From the NCBI GenBank assembly GCA_024137785.1, contig JAHRHZ010000025.1, positions 28,655,178 to 28,719,177 on the forward strand: a DNA stretch of 64,000 nucleotides, in the 5' to 3' direction. The stretch comes from Ginglymostoma cirratum (Eukaryota). A model generated the notes under the pieces. The model was not told the DNA's origin. It saw nothing but the letters and a program-made list of their open reading frames with translations, and searched no databases. Shown here piece by piece: positions 62,869 through 64,000 of the stretch. The first letter of the stretch is position 1, and each line of letters begins with the position of its first letter. The translations under genes and the position numbers were made by a program.

Positions 62869-64000
62869 CTGAAGAGAGAAATTTCAGCAATGAATACCAA
62901 GACAACTATTAATTTTTCAGTTTGAATTATAATTCAGACAATGAAGAGCTGACCAAGTCTTGTTTAATTGTAATACTAGTCACCAAATACACAAGCCAAA
63001 GTAAATTTGAATGGTTTCTTAAACTGACCAATTTGGAGCATAATTGCATCTGAAGCACTTCCGTTGCAATGCGCACACATTTCTTGCAAACTGTCAGGAC
63101 TACAAAGGGACTTGCTTTTGAAATCCGTGAAATCAAGGATTGTTCAGTACTGAGTGGCCAACTAAGCTAACCATTCACATTTGATGTGTCAGAGGTACAA
63201 AATGCAAGCAAAAAAGTGAAATATAAATTATACCTAAATATGATACTGCCCAGGCAGTTGAGGCTTCAGTATATTCAAATTTTCTCACCACCACTGAAAG
63301 GATCAGCAATTTCAGAAACATAACTGAAAATTAAATTTTCACTAAGGACATAATTTCCATCTCAAAGGCAATTATAATGGTGGCTGACCTAAAATCCATT
63401 CCAAATAGTATTCCACAGGGCTTGCAACAAAAGATCCAAGTGTAATCTGCAATCTTAGCATGAAGAAATTTCAGGATGAAGACTCAGGAGTTTGAGAGAT
63501 CCAGTAACTTCTACTCCTGGTGGTTACTTTTATGCCCAAAACTAGGCACCTCTGAAACAGCAGTGCACAACACACCTCAATTATCAACAGCAACATTGTC
63601 GAAAGGACCAACGTAATTTACAGTCTCAAAGGCAGAAACCAATGGCAATTTTCACCAGAACACAATCTGTCAGTTCAATCTTTTGGTCAATTACTGGCAC
63701 AAGGACCCAAATCCAAATCTGAGACTAAAGCAGCATCTACTGGGCAGCAGGACTGATAGCACTGTAGTATCCATTAGTGCCATCACGAAATTTTTCCAAA
63801 TCTGGTGCTAAGAAACAACACCTGGTAAGTTCCCAAACCAGCCTACCCAAAACAACTCAAAATCAAATTCTGCTGGATGGGACTCTTCAATCACAAGCAC
63901 CCAGGCTCAAAGCAACTCACTGAATGTTGTTGTAGGAAACTTGCGGACAGGACATTGAAATTCTTTGTGAACGAAGCATCCCCAGAAAGGCCAAAAGTAG

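Overview
Eukaryotic genomic DNA from a cartilaginous fish (shark-type HE1/V-SINE, Deu-domain SINE, CR1, L2, RTE and Penelope-like repeats). Two spliced minus-strand genes are recognisable. One is the 3' end of SFPQ (three coding exons, 62868-60006, ending ...GREEYEAGGKKPRF*). The other is the first two coding exons of TMEM35B (30942-30835 and 11943-11763); its third exon was not found. Most of 1-53500 is transposon debris and nearly all listed ORFs are spurious or TE-derived. The most interesting signal is a candidate splicing/polyadenylation circuit at the SFPQ 3' end: a micro-exon whose donor sits 12 nt from a putative distant branch point, ahead of a ~205-nt AG-free zone; poly(A) signals abutting strong 5' splice sites; and a chain of well-formed non-coding exons downstream of the normal last exon. 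Other notable items are minimal hammerhead ribozyme motifs in Penelope-type termini, a near-perfect 122-bp nested palindrome, locally copied insertions, and a LINE with a tRNA-like head plus its derived SINE. Repeat boundaries are approximate, all calls were made by eye, and no database search was run.
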